A stretch of DNA of 64,000 nt from Octopus sinensis (GCF_006345805.1 NC_043001.1:14942001-15006000), one strand, 5' to 3'; numbered from the stretch's first letter, positions 52,035 to 63,887 are shown. Notes: generated by a model from the sequence alone, not told the origin. Numbers and translations are program-made.

Positions 52035-52576
52035 TTACTTGGATAATCCCAGGTGTTTAAAACGTTTCATCCCCCTATGGATGCTAAGAAACTCTAGGGA
52101 GTACTGAACAGCAGAAGGTCTTCCGAAAAGAAACTGCCTTCATGCAACTATGTCAGTCCTTAACTCCTTACATTTTTAAAGAGTCCTAGCTGTACCTAGG
52201 TCATGACACCTAGAAACCCCTCTATTTCCACATTCTTTGCTATTGCCTACATAAGTGGTTCTCAACCATTTTTTTTTTTTTTGTTTATGAACCCTTTGCT
52301 TACTGTTTTATAGCCATTTGATGTTTAAAAACTAGTTTTATAGAAATGTCTTTCAAAATTCCTATTTTTTGTTTTTCACACATTATCTTGTGTAGGTTGA
52401 TCTATGTAAAACATTAGAGAAAAAACCGAATGGTTTCTAGTATTGTTAAATGTATTTTCTATGAATGGATTGCAAGAAATGGAGGTGAAAGATTTGCTGA
52501 TGCTGCTTGTGGTTAGAATGGTACATGTGGGCGGTTTTGGTTCCTGAAGCCATTGTATGTTCTGTGTTAAGTTATT

Positions 52577-52772
52577 TTACTCTTTTACTTGTTTCAGTCA
52601 TTTGACTGTGGCCATTCTGGAGTACCGCCTTTAGTCGAGCAAATCGACCCCAAGACTTATTCTTTGTAAGCCTAGTACTTATTCTATCGGTCCCTTTTAC
52701 CAAACCACTAAGTTATGGGGACGTAAACACACCAGAATCAGTTGTCAAGTGATGTTGGGGGGGCAAACACAA

Positions 52773-52809
<37 letters not shown>

Positions 52810-52822
52810 CATATATATATAT
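52577..52822 (-). mobile_element. 3' half of SINE family A
   Basis: Tail through (AC)n(AT)n. Confidence 0.85.
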
Positions 52823-53030
52823 TATGTGAAATAGAAAGATGAATAATCTTGTTGCAGATTAATCAAAAGTTTAATCGATACCTTGGTAACAAAAATCACA
52901 GCAGAAGACAGCACGGTTGGAGGTACAACCATATGGTGTTGCAACCGTGCGTTGGTGCGGATAATTGAATTTTAATATTATTAGTGAATTTAAGAAATGG
53001 AGTTGAACGAAGATTGAACAGAAATCGTTT

Positions 53031-53123
53031 TATTTCATTCTACACGTGTTTCGAAAGGCACAATTTACCAAATTCCGATTGAATAATGAGACCATATTGT
53101 GCCTTTCTCTTCAGGAAGAAATA
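53031..53123 (-). ncRNA. Type I hammerhead ribozyme
   Basis: TATTTCTTC-CTGAAGA-GAAAGGCACAAT-(31 nt)-ATTGTGCCTTTC-GAAAC-ACGT-GTA-GAATGAAATA; intact core, 12-bp stem II, palindromic stem III, GUA triplet. Confidence 0.85.
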
Positions 53124-54138
53124 GGAAATCCGTTGGAAAAAACAAAAACAGAACAGAGGCGGAGCAAAACAAATCGAACTAGGCTCCTAAGAGCCCATGG
53201 CCAAACTGTTTATCAGTGTATGTTGAAAACTGGTGGTGGGGGCGTTGAAGATTTTAACGGGTCAGGCAACGGTCATTCCGGTGGGTGAGGGTACGGGGTG
53301 TGTAGATGTTCTTTGTGACCGAGAGTAAAGTTCTGACTATTTAAAGAATATTAGATGTATTATATGGGGCGAGAGAAATCTACTAAGAGACATGTGTGTG
53401 TTTACTGTTCTATATATGTGTGCGGGTGCGAGTTGATAAGCAGCGCTACATTCTGGTCAGTGCTGAGAAATCCGTCAAGGGGTAGAAAACATTTTGTGTG
53501 TGCGTTTGATCGCGCGGCTGTCAGTTGGTAAACAGCTCTACCCAATGGTCAATGCTGTAGAATCCGTTGGGCGGCAGAAAAAAAATATTTTATGTGTGCG
53601 TGTGTTCGTCACAGACGAACACATGCACACGCACAGCATTGACCATTGGGTAGAGCTGTTTACCAACTGACAGCCGCGCGATCAAACGCACACACGTACA
53701 CATAAAATGTTTTCTACCCCTTGACAGATTTCTCAGCACTGACCAGAATGTAGCGCTGCTTATCAACTCGCGCCCGCACACATATATAGAACAGTAAACA
53801 CACACATGTCTCTTAGTAGATTTCTCTCGCCCCATATAATACATCTAATATTCTTTAAATAGTCAGAACTTTACTCTCGGTCACAAAGAACATCTACACA
53901 CCCCGTACCCTCACCCACCGGAATGACCGTTGCCTGACCCGTTAAAATCTTCAACGCCCCCACCACCAGTTTTCAACATACACTGATAAACAGTTTGGCC
54001 ATGGGCTCTTAGGAGCCTAGTTCGATTTGTTTTGCTCCGCCTCTGTTCTGTTTTTGTTTTTTCCAACGGATTTCCTATTTCTTCCTGAAGAGAAAGGCAC
54101 AATATGGTCTCATTATTCAATCGGAATTTGGTAAATTG
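53061..54138. mobile_element. ~500-bp-arm inverted repeat, probable Penelope-like element inverted pseudo-LTR pair
   Basis: 53061-53558 is the near-exact reverse complement of 53633-54138; HHR at the outer end. Confidence 0.8.
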
Positions 54139-54419
54139 GTGAAGTTGGTGAAGAATGTTGCCGTTTGGTGTGATTGTTGTCTTTTAGCTCCATGTTAGAG
54201 TCGATGGAACACATTCAAAGGTATTTCAGCCGTGACCTTTGTGTCTTTGGAGAAATCTAGAACCAGATTATTCAGAAACACAAATTTATTGTTTTAGTAT
54301 CTCTTGTTTTGTGAGGATTCAGCGTGGATGATCCACAGATGAAAACATAGAACAATTTAACACCAGGCCCTGTTTTGTAGTTGTTATAAGTTAATTGTAC
54401 TGTTGTCAATGATAAACCA

Positions 54420-54950
54420 GACATGTGTGCCGGTGGCATGTAAAACGCACCATTCGAGCATGATCGTTGCCAATGCTGTCTTCCTGGCTCCAGTGCTGGT
54501 GGCACATAAAAAGCACCATTCAAGCGTGGTCGTTGCCAGTAACATCTGACTGGCTCCCATGCTGGTGACAAGTAAAAAGCACCATTAGAGCATGGTTGTT
54601 GCCAGTGCCACCTGACTGGCTCCTGTGCTAGTGGCACATAAAAAGCACCATTAGAGCATGGTTGTTGCCAGTGCCACCTGACTGGCTCCTGTGCTGGTGG
54701 CACGTAAAAAGCACCATTTGAGCGATGGTCGTTGCCTGTACCACCTGACTGGCTCCTGTGCCTGTAGCATGCAAAAAGCACCCACTACACTCTTGGAGTG
54801 GTTGGCGTTAGGAAGGGCGTCCAGCTGTAGAAACATTGCCAGATCGGATTGGAACCTGGTGCAGCCTACTGGCTCGCCAGTTCTCAGTCAAACCGACCAA
54901 CCCATGCCAGCATGGAAAGCGGATGTTAAACAATGACGATGTTGATGATG
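54420..54950 (+). mobile_element. SINE family D with ~66-bp internal tandem units
   Basis: Repeated GGTGGCAC(G/A)TAAAAAGCACCATT; Meta motif. Confidence 0.8.
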
Positions 54951-56089
54951 TGTATGCGTGTAGATGTGCTTGTGTGTACTTATGTGGATATTTGTATGTA
55001 GGTTTGTGTGTGTGTGTATGTGTGTGTGTGTGTGTTATGACATTGCAACAATGCAATGTCATATTTCTTATGTCAGATTTCTTTATTGAATGTAATGCTT
55101 ATTTAGTCATATTTTGCTTTGAGACTTTCATGGTGTGATTGTTTATTTTTAGAATGACAATGTAAGGTCGATGTGAAAACCAGATCTGGTCAGTTTGACC
55201 ATAAAATGGGTTGAATACTTTGGCCAGACATGGTCAGTTTAAATGCCATAAAAGTGTTATTTAGAAACACAAATCATAAAAAAAACACTGTACAAAGCAA
55301 CTAATTTCTTACAATATCTAATTTGACAAGATCTCTCATATTTCAAATTCTATTAGACTTTGTATGTGAAACGCCAATAATCTGTTTTATGTCTCAGAAT
55401 GGTAATGGTACCATAGCAGCCATTCTGTGGCATTGATATTTTTGTAATATTTATTTGTTCCACAATAATTTTAGAAGTCAGAGTACAACTCGGTGGCAGA
55501 ACCAATTATGAGATGCAAATTAACAAAAGATTAATGTTCACAACTAGAAATCATGTCGGGAAGAATTATTAACCAATTTTGGTTTAATGTAGTTAATAGT
55601 AACACTGTTGCCAGGCATGGCTGTGTGGTCGAGAGTTCTGTTTTCCAACCACATGGTTTCAGGTTCAGTCCCACTGTGTGCTATTATTGGCAAGTGTCTT
55701 CTGCTATAGCCATGGGCCAACAAAAGCTTTGTAAATGGATGTGTGTGTTTGTGTCATTTTGTCTTGGCATCACATGATACTTGGAAATTATGAAAGTTGG
55801 AAATTATGAAAGTTGGAAATTAAGCATTACTGAAAGTTGGAAATTAAGCATTACTGTTATAAAAACAGTGTTACCCATTTCCAATATTCTGTGACATGGC
55901 TGACTGTGGGGAGATATTAGCTTCCTTGGAAACAGGTGGGGGCTGGTGACAAGAAGGGCACCTGGCTGTAGAAAACCTGCCTCAATAGGCTGTCTGACCC
56001 ATGCAAACAGAGAACAGTGGATGTTAATATGATGATGATGATGATTATGATGACTGACAAAATGAGGAGGTCTTGAGAATGTCCCGAGC

Positions 56090-56345
56090 AAGCTGCAGTG
56101 ACCCTGACACTGTGACTTCTAGTAATGTTGGCCAGAATCAACAAGCTGTACTAATGAGCATCGAAGCTAAGATAATCCGGCAGACTTTCGGTATATCCAT
56201 AGAACTGTAAGTTATTTTGTGAATCCTGTCACTGATATATACACCAATAATGCTGAAGATTTCTGGGCAGGTATACGCAGTGACCGATCAATTATAAAAC
56301 AGAATCAACCACCATCATAAAGTGGTTGCATGTGGGTGAGGCATG
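56090..56345 (+). pseudogene. Merlin/IS1595-like transposase fragment
   Basis: 56198-56281 translates HRTVSYFVNPVTDIYTNNAEDFWAGIRS, resembling the HxTVNHSxxFVDPxTGxHTNxIExxW motif. Confidence 0.6.
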
Positions 56346-56349
56346 GAAT

Positions 56350-56968
56350 CGTCATTATCATCGTTATCATCATCAATGTAGTCATTGTCACCTTCGTCAT
56401 CGTTGTCATCATCGTCATCATCTTTGTCATTATCGTCATCATCGTCATCACCGTCTTCGTCAGCATCGTCTTCGTCAGCATCGTCTTCGTCATCACCGTC
56501 TTCGTCATCATCGTCTTTGTCATCACCATCTTCGTCATCATCATCTTCGTCATCGTTCTTGTCGTCGTCGTCATCATTGTCTTCATCATCCTCCTCATCG
56601 TCTTCATCATCGTCGTCATCATTGTCTTTGTCATCATCGTCTTCGTCATCACCGTCTTTGTCATCATCGTCTTCGTCATCACCGTCTTCGTCATCATCGT
56701 CATCATCATCTTCATCATCGTTCTTGTCGTCGTCGTCATCATTGTCTTCATCATCCTCCTCATCGTCTTCATCGTCGTCATCATCATTGTCTTCGTCATC
56801 ACCGTCTTCGTCATCATCATCTTTGTCATCGTTCTTGTTGTCATCGTCGTCATCATTGTCTTCATCATCCTCCTCATTGTCTTCATCATCGTCGTCATCA
56901 TTGTCTTTGTCATCATCATCTTCGTCATCATCGTTGTCGTCTTTGTCATGTTCGTCTTCGTCGTCGTC
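56350..56968. repeat. Compound (TCA/TCG/TCT)n trinucleotide array with higher-order blocks
   Basis: Visible; open in several frames because of repeat structure. Confidence 0.92.
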
Positions 56969-57727
56969 AGTGGTATTTTGTCTAACTTTATGTTCTGAGT
57001 TCAAATTCCGCCGAGGTCGACTTTGCCTTTCATCCTTTTGTGGTTGATAAATTAAGTACCAGTTGTGTACTGAGGTCGATCTAATTGACCTGCCCCTCTT
57101 CCCCAAAAATTTTGGGCCTTGTGTCTAGAGTACAAAAACATATTTCTCTTGATATGCTGTACCTTTGTTTCAATTAATTTTGGAAATAACGAAGAATTTA
57201 AGTAAGGCAATTCAATCCTTACCAAATTTGTGTTTGGAACATAAATGAACTTTAGCTGGAAGGTTTAAATTTAGATCACTTTGAAACAGGAAGTTTTTTA
57301 TCATAAAACCAGGTGCAGTCTTAGATGAATTGGTATCGAAAGGGTCAGATTGGTGTTACTGTGTTCCCTCTATTTCTGTATGTCCCCTTAATACTTTCTA
57401 CGTTATATATGATTGATTGAGGAACTCCAATGAGACCTACACATGTCCACTGCTTTCGCAAGCTGTCTTTAAAAACCAGATCCACTCAAGCTTGCTACTT
57501 TATTTTAAGAATTATACCTATTTCTTTACTACCCACAAGGGGCTACACAGAGAGGACAAACAAGGACAGACAAACGGATTAAGTCAATTATATCGACCCC
57601 AGTGCGTAACTGGTACTTAATTTATCGATGTCGAAAAGATGAAACGCAAAGTCGACCTCGGCGGAATTTGAACTCAGAATGGAGCGACAGACGAAATACT
57701 GCTAAGTATTTTGGCCAGCGTGCTAAA
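56969..57727. mobile_element. SINE family B copies (+ 56969-57140; - 57517-57727)
   Basis: Nin motif. Confidence 0.82.
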
Positions 57728-58056
57728 CCCTGCAGCATAAAATTAAAAAGCTCGTTTCAAGTTCCTAAAGTTAACCTGCTGTGTTCCTGCTAGAGTGGGA
57801 ACTGGCTAGATTTGATCTCTACTGGATTCCCATTAAAGTGGTAACGAACAGCACATGTAGGAAAAGGAGATGAAATACTAAAAATAGACTCAACCGATCA
57901 TGTTACATCTTTGTAGTTGAGTGTGTTTATGACTCATTGTTAATGGTGTCCCCCAAAGCCTTTGTTTACTTTTGTTTGTAATAGAAAATAGAACAAATAG
58001 AAATCTGTGACTGTGCATTCACTTGAAATATATATATTGCATGCAGAAGTGAGATG

Positions 58057-58151
58057 CTATCATCTCTAGCAGATGAGGTATCCAGTACTGAGGAGTGGCA
58101 GAAATAGCCTGAAACCTGGTCTGGTCTACTGGTCCCATTGCTAGATGATAG
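58057..58151 (+). ncRNA. Full-length type I hammerhead ribozyme (retrozyme-like)
   Basis: CCAGTA-CTGAGGA-GTGGC-AGAAATA-GCCT-GAAACC-TGGTCT-GGTC-TACTGG; distal stem CTATCATCT(CT)AGCA / TGCTAGATGATAG. Confidence 0.8.
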
Positions 58152-58625
58152 GGGTTTGCTACCCTGCTCACAGTTTTATTGGATGCATCTGTGCATCATT
58201 AACCAGCTAGAGGAAATGTCCTGTTGGGGTTAAAAAATCGCAGTAGAGTCTGCTCGAACGGACAGCCATGTTAAAGTGGCTACGAATAATACTTGTCAAA
58301 AATGATTTTGCAATAAAACAAGTATGTAATGAACCCAGCACTTCATCTTGTAAATGAGCAAGGCCTAGACTCTTTGTAGTTGAGGAAATTGTTGAAGATT
58401 AAATCTTTGGATGAAGGGTTTTCACATAGACCAGCAATGAGAGTGATTTGGAAAAATCAAACAGATGAAAGAGCTGAGGAAAGTAGTGATTCAGGTGAAC
58501 AAATACGGTATTTGAAAGATAGGATTATCATTGTTATTCTCTTGATTTTTTTTTGTTTTGCTTTGTGATTCTGTCCATTAGTTTGTCTGCAATGAACAAA
58601 TATGGTAGTTGAGAGATAGGCTTAT

Positions 58626-58657
<32 letters not shown>

Positions 58658-58876
58658 TACTACTATACTACTTATTATTATAGTTCTCTTGAATTTTTTT
58701 AGTGATTCTGTCCATTGGTTTGCCTGCAATCGTTGCTCTTGAGAGCTGTGTGTGCAACTGTTTATTGTTTTGCTTAGGAGCCCTCCGGGTGGAGGGTAAA
58801 ATTAGGCACAGGGGCCCTGGTCTGAGAGGGTTAATGACTAATGTTATTAACATACTTTGCGAATAAGCATTTTAAT

Positions 58877-59299
58877 AATACAAGTTCTATATTTAAGAGA
58901 TGAGGAATTATTTACACTATTTACATTTGACAGATATTTGTCCTCATCTTGTTTGTTGACACGTTTCGGCTGATATACCCTCCAGCCTTCATCAGGTGTC
59001 TTGGGGAAATTTCAAAACTGGGTTCTCAGTTCTAAGGTATTTTTGATGTTATTATTATTATTCACAGGCATATGGCATAGAGGTTAAGAGCGTGGGCTAT
59101 TAACTCCAAGATTCCAAGTTCGATTCCAGGCAGTGACCTGAATAATAATAATAATATCGAAAAATACCTTAGAAATGAGAACCCAGGTTTGAAATTTCCC
59201 CAAGACACCTGATGAAGGCTGGAGGGTATATCAGCCGAAACATTGTGTTAACAACAAACAAGATGAGGACAAATATCCGTCAAATGTAAATAATGTAAA
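58877..59299. mobile_element. Fold-back tRNA-headed element with Penelope-type hammerhead motifs (copy 2)
   Basis: A-box 59073-59083, B-box 59117-59127, CTGATGA..GAAAC at 59209-59241 (+) and 58963-58995 (-); 9-bp TSD CATTTTAAT. Confidence 0.85.
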
Positions 59300-59329
59300 C
59301 ATTTTAATCATCATCATCGTCTCAACAGT

Positions 59330-59888
59330 GACCTATGGAAATAAGCTGTGTTTGAGAAAACCCAGCAAGCCAAGTGAGACCATAACCTCGTTGCTTATGC
59401 CAGATGTGTAACCAGCCCGCTTATGTGTACCTTTCCTTCATTGGACACTAAACTCTGCTTGTGAAGACCTGTTAAAGCAAGTGAAATCAAATTCAATGAC
59501 TGGCATCTGTGCTAGTGGAGCGCTAAGAGCACCATTCGAGCATGATCGTTACTAGCGTCACCTTACTGGCATTTGTGCCAGTGGCACAGGAAAAAATATT
59601 CAAGTGAGGTCATTACCAGTGCCACTGGACTGTCTCCTGTGCAGGTGGCACGTAAAAAACACCATTTGAGCGTGGCTGTTACCAGTACTGCCTGACTGGC
59701 CCTTGTGCCAGTAGCACATAAAAGCACCCACTACACTCTCAGAGTGGTTAGCATTAAAAGGCATCCAGTTGTAGAAACTCTGTCAGATCAGATTGGAGCC
59801 TGGTGGAGCCATCTGGTTCACCAGTCCTCAGTCAAATCGTCCAACCCATGCCAGCATGGAAAGCGGACGTTAAATGATGATGATGATA
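59330..59888 (+). mobile_element. SINE family D (longer 5' part)
   Basis: Tandem units, Meta motif, GGACGTTAAAT(GAT)n tail. Confidence 0.75.
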
Positions 59889-60427
59889 ATTTTAATGAAA
59901 TTATAATAAAACTGTTGGATTGTCAGGTAATTAAGAGGTATTAGCTATCACAAGATACAGATCTGTATAGATGTGTGCTTTGACATCATTGTGTTTATTC
60001 AGCTTCTATTTTTTATGCTGTCATGAGTGGTATAATAGGATCTAATGATCTGCAGGACTTTGCTGAGCTCTGATGTTAGCTTTGACAGGGTTTCTATGAC
60101 TTGGTGCCTTCCTAGCATCGACTGCTCTTCAGTGTGTACTGGTTCTTTTCTTTTTTAAGAAACAATCAACTTGCAAGACAAAGGAGGGACACGAAAAAAC
60201 CCCTAGGCTGAGTGGGAGTGTATTTGAAAGAGAGGGGTATACATGGGTTAACTGGTTACAAATTCATGAAGAGAAAAGGATGTGTAAGTAGGCCCCTTTA
60301 GGCTGAGTTCCATTCTTTTCCTTTTAGGGTCAATAATATATTCCCCAGTTGTGTAAAAGCGTCAGTTCAATCAATTATAACTTGAATCTTGTCAAAACAG
60401 GTGACGTTGTACATCTATTATAAATTA

Positions 60428-60775
60428 GTGTGGAGGCACAATGGCCCACTGGTTAAGGCAGCGGACTCGCGGTTGTAGGATCACAGGTTCGATTCCCAGA
60501 CCGGGTGTTGTGAGTGTTTATTGAACGAAAACACCTAAAGCTTCACGAGGCTCCGGCAGGGGTTAGTCGCGAACCCTGCTGTACTCTCTCACCACAACTT
60601 TCTCTCATTCTTTTTTCCTGTTTCTGTTGTACCTGTATTTCAAAGGGCCGGCCTTGTCACTCTCTGTGTCACGCTGAATTTCCCCGACAACTACGTTAAG
60701 GATACACGTGTCTGTGGAGTGCTCAGCCACTTACACGTTAATTTTACGAGCAGGCTGTTCCGATGGAGTGCCACG
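60428..60775 (+). mobile_element. SINE family C, tail type 3
   Basis: Family C head; TSD ATTATAAATTAGT. Confidence 0.85.
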
Positions 60776-60880
60776 ATTATAAATTAGTTTTGGTCTTACT
60801 TTAGCGTGCTATCTACCACTGTAGCTGTAGTCTACGTTGTGAAATGACTTGATCAGGATTAGGGTTTAGGTTAATGTTTA

Positions 60881-61109
60881 GGTACTACTTGAGAACAGTG
60901 GTCCCAGTGCGCGCACTCGCGCACCCGCGCTAGCTAGTCGTGACTAGTCGATCTTACAACGACTACCCAGCAAAGTAAATAAAACACAAAGTAAATAATT
61001 TTTTAAACAAAGTAAATAACACAAAAACACAAAGTAAGGATCGACTAGCTAGCGCGGATGCGCGAGTACGCGAGTGCGCGCACCGGGACCACTGTTCTCA
61101 AGTAGTACC
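60881..61109. mobile_element. Young MITE with ~60-bp GC-rich TIRs (Merlin-like)
   Basis: GGTACTACTTGAGAACAGTGGTCCC... / ...GGGACCACTGTTCTCAAGTAGTACC; 8-bp TSD AATGTTTA. Confidence 0.85.
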
Positions 61110-61659
61110 AATGTTTAGCCTACACGCTTAAGTGTAAGTGACGAGGTAGATCGCACACTAAAGTGACACACCACTTTTACACATCAACCGTACAAACAAT
61201 TTAAGAAAACAATGTTGTTTAACCACAGGTCAGATTTATGGAACAAATTCAATGATCATCAACGTGTTGGGTTGGTAGTACGAACAAAGTTACCTCCCTT
61301 ACTTCATTCAGAGACCTTTGTATAAGTTTTTCTGTTGTGTTTTGGTATTTAACACCAGCCTTTGTTGTTATCGACAATGGTTGTACACAACTGATAACAA
61401 CATTGCTGGGTGTTGAATATCATCGTTATAAAAATATATTTATCCTGGTAGTTTGAAAATAATGACTAAAACCAAGCGAAAACTAACCACTGTGGAATAA
61501 TTCTCTATTTAAGTTATATTATCAAGGGGAGTAACCTACGAGTACAACACTAGACAAGGGAAGTAACTCTAGAATAACTTTTACTTCATTCTTCGACTGC
61601 GCGAATATTTTGTTCACAGCGAAATAGGACGGACGAATGGAGACGGCAGTTTGGAACTA

Positions 61660-61872
61660 GTGCTTAAACCGGCCATACCAGGCCAAAATTGTCTTCCTGT
61701 TATATGCTCAAACCAGCCAGCTCTGACCTCTCACGCCTACCCTACAATGTCATTCTAAAAATAAACAGGGACATCATCAAAATCTCAGAGTTACAAGATG
61801 CTGTACAATTAATTTTAAACAATGTGATTAAACAAGCTTTACATTTGACAGAGTAATCTGAATGCTAAAGGG
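61660..61872 (+). mobile_element. piggyBac-like MITE (left end eroded)
   Basis: Homologous to 13874-14094; ends AAAGGG|TTAA. Confidence 0.75.
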
Positions 61873-62939
61873 TTAAAGCTTGCAGGGATTAATTTCATCT
61901 GATATTCTATCAAGATTAAATAAATCAAGTACAAGTCATGTCCTGATGGCAATTTAACTGGGAATTTCTCTCGTTAAAATATTTGAGAAAATACTGAAAA
62001 AATAGGAAAACGTTTTTTTATTACCACTTCTTACAGAAAAGAAAATATTTGTATAAATTTCCAGAACATATTGTTCATTATGAAGATCTCCTTTTTGTTA
62101 TTCCTCTCATCATCATCATCATCATCACCATTTTAAGAGGCATTTCTTTAGAATACAAGTATATTTCATTGTGAGTATTTTATAATAAATGTCTCACCAA
62201 TTCCTTTTTGGTAATTAATGAGGCCCTGTTCATAGAATTTTCCATATTGATACTTGCTCTCACAGTAGTTGTTGCTTATTGAGGGGTGATATTAACACCA
62301 TATTGCTATCATATAAAAGATATATTTGAGTTGTATCACCATCATCAACATCATTTTGATGTCCATGAGTTGGACAGGATCTGATGATTCAGATGACTCC
62401 ACCAGGCACCAGTGTCAGATTAGGCAGGGTTTCGACATGCCCTTCCTGATGCCAACCACTTTACAGAGTGTGCAAGGTGCTTTTTCTGGGGCACCAACAC
62501 TAGTGGTGATTGTCTTTTCTAATTTGTAAAAGTCAAAGACCCAAAGTCGTCCCAATAACTAAGGGAGAACAAAAGTGGGTGATGGGACGAGGGGGAGATG
62601 AGTGAAAAATGGAAGGGGAATATGGTAGGGAACAGAAGAAGGGATTAGTGATGGGTTATTGAGAAAAGGAGGAGGTATATATGAAAGGTGATAGTGTGGC
62701 TTGAGTAAAGGTAGAGTCTAAGGTTACCCAGTGTTACAATGGATGAGTATCATGTTCTGCAAATGTTCTTTAGAAATACAACAGAAATGGTGCCGTTTGT
62801 TGGCAACTTTCTATGAAAACCTGTCCAGATTAGGGAAAATATTTCACGACTTTGAAACAGGTGAGGATAGGCAACAAGAAAAGAATCCAGCAAAGAAAAT
62901 TCTGCTTCAGTGAATTTGACCTGATTCATGCAAGCTTGA

Positions 62940-63350
62940 GTGGAGGCACTTGGCTTAGTGGTTAGGGTGTTGGACTCCTGATCCTAAGATTGTGGTTTCA
63001 GTTCTTGGACCAGGCGACGTGTTGTGTTCTTGAGAAAAACTCTTCATTTCACATTGCTCCAGCCCACTCAGCTGGTACAGATGATTAATTTTGCGATGGA
63101 TTGGTGTCCCATCCAGGCACAAGCATAGCTGGCAGAAGCATTAGGCCTGCTCTGCCCAGGGCGGATCTTTTAAAGGGGGGGGCAGAACTTTTGGGTCTGC
63201 TGTAGGCATTGTATGTTTTTTGTGGGGTATGGGGGTGGCAAATGGAGGGGCCACCATGGGCAGTGCACACTCTAGCTACGTTAGTGCATCCAGGCGGGGA
63301 ATACATACACCACGAAACTGGTTCTTATGGGTCAGTATGACTCGAGAAGA
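62940..63350 (+). mobile_element. SINE family E interrupted by a hAT-like MITE (63118-63286)
   Basis: TGGCTTAGTGGTTAGGG head; MITE TIR CACAAGCATAGCT/AGCTACGTTAGTG with 8-bp TSD CATCCAGG. Confidence 0.8.
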
Positions 63351-63887
63351 TAATTTTTCCTTTTTATTTTATGCAAGCTTGGAAAACTAGACATTAAATC
63401 AATGATGAACACTAATCAATCTTAATTTGTGCTTCAAATATTACGGATGCAATATCACTCATAACTAATTTTATAACAAACCAGAGCCAATGTAATATCA
63501 CACAAAGTTAATGAAAAGTCAGACACAGCCGATGCAAATCACACACAACTAATGTAATATCGACCCACCACCACCACCACGGCTTATCTGATATCAACCA
63601 CAGATAATACAATATCAACTCTGTCCACTACAAAATCATAAGCAGCCACAGACATACTAAATCAATTATTGAAAATAATAATAATAAAACTATGGCCATT
63701 CTATTATGGTTTCCAATATATGTGAATTATAAGAGATAGATGTGAATGTATTATAAGAGAATTTAGCCACACTGCTAGTATAGGTGTTACATAAGCCATT
63801 GTATTTATCTGTTGCTGACTGCTAATAGTGTTGACTATAAACATGGCAGCCATCTATGTGCTAGAGTTAATGTGAATGCACGTGAGT

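Noticed and set aside
53046-54120. Identical short ORFs on opposite strands (NNETILCLSLQEEIG...)
   Set aside because: By-product of the inverted repeat; antisense to the HHR
56305-57106. Asp/Glu-rich 263 aa ORF resembling an acidic biomineralisation protein
   Set aside because: Open in about six frames because of the triplet repeat; N-terminus is SINE B antisense; no signal peptide or splice support. Exonisation cannot be fully excluded without RNA-seq.
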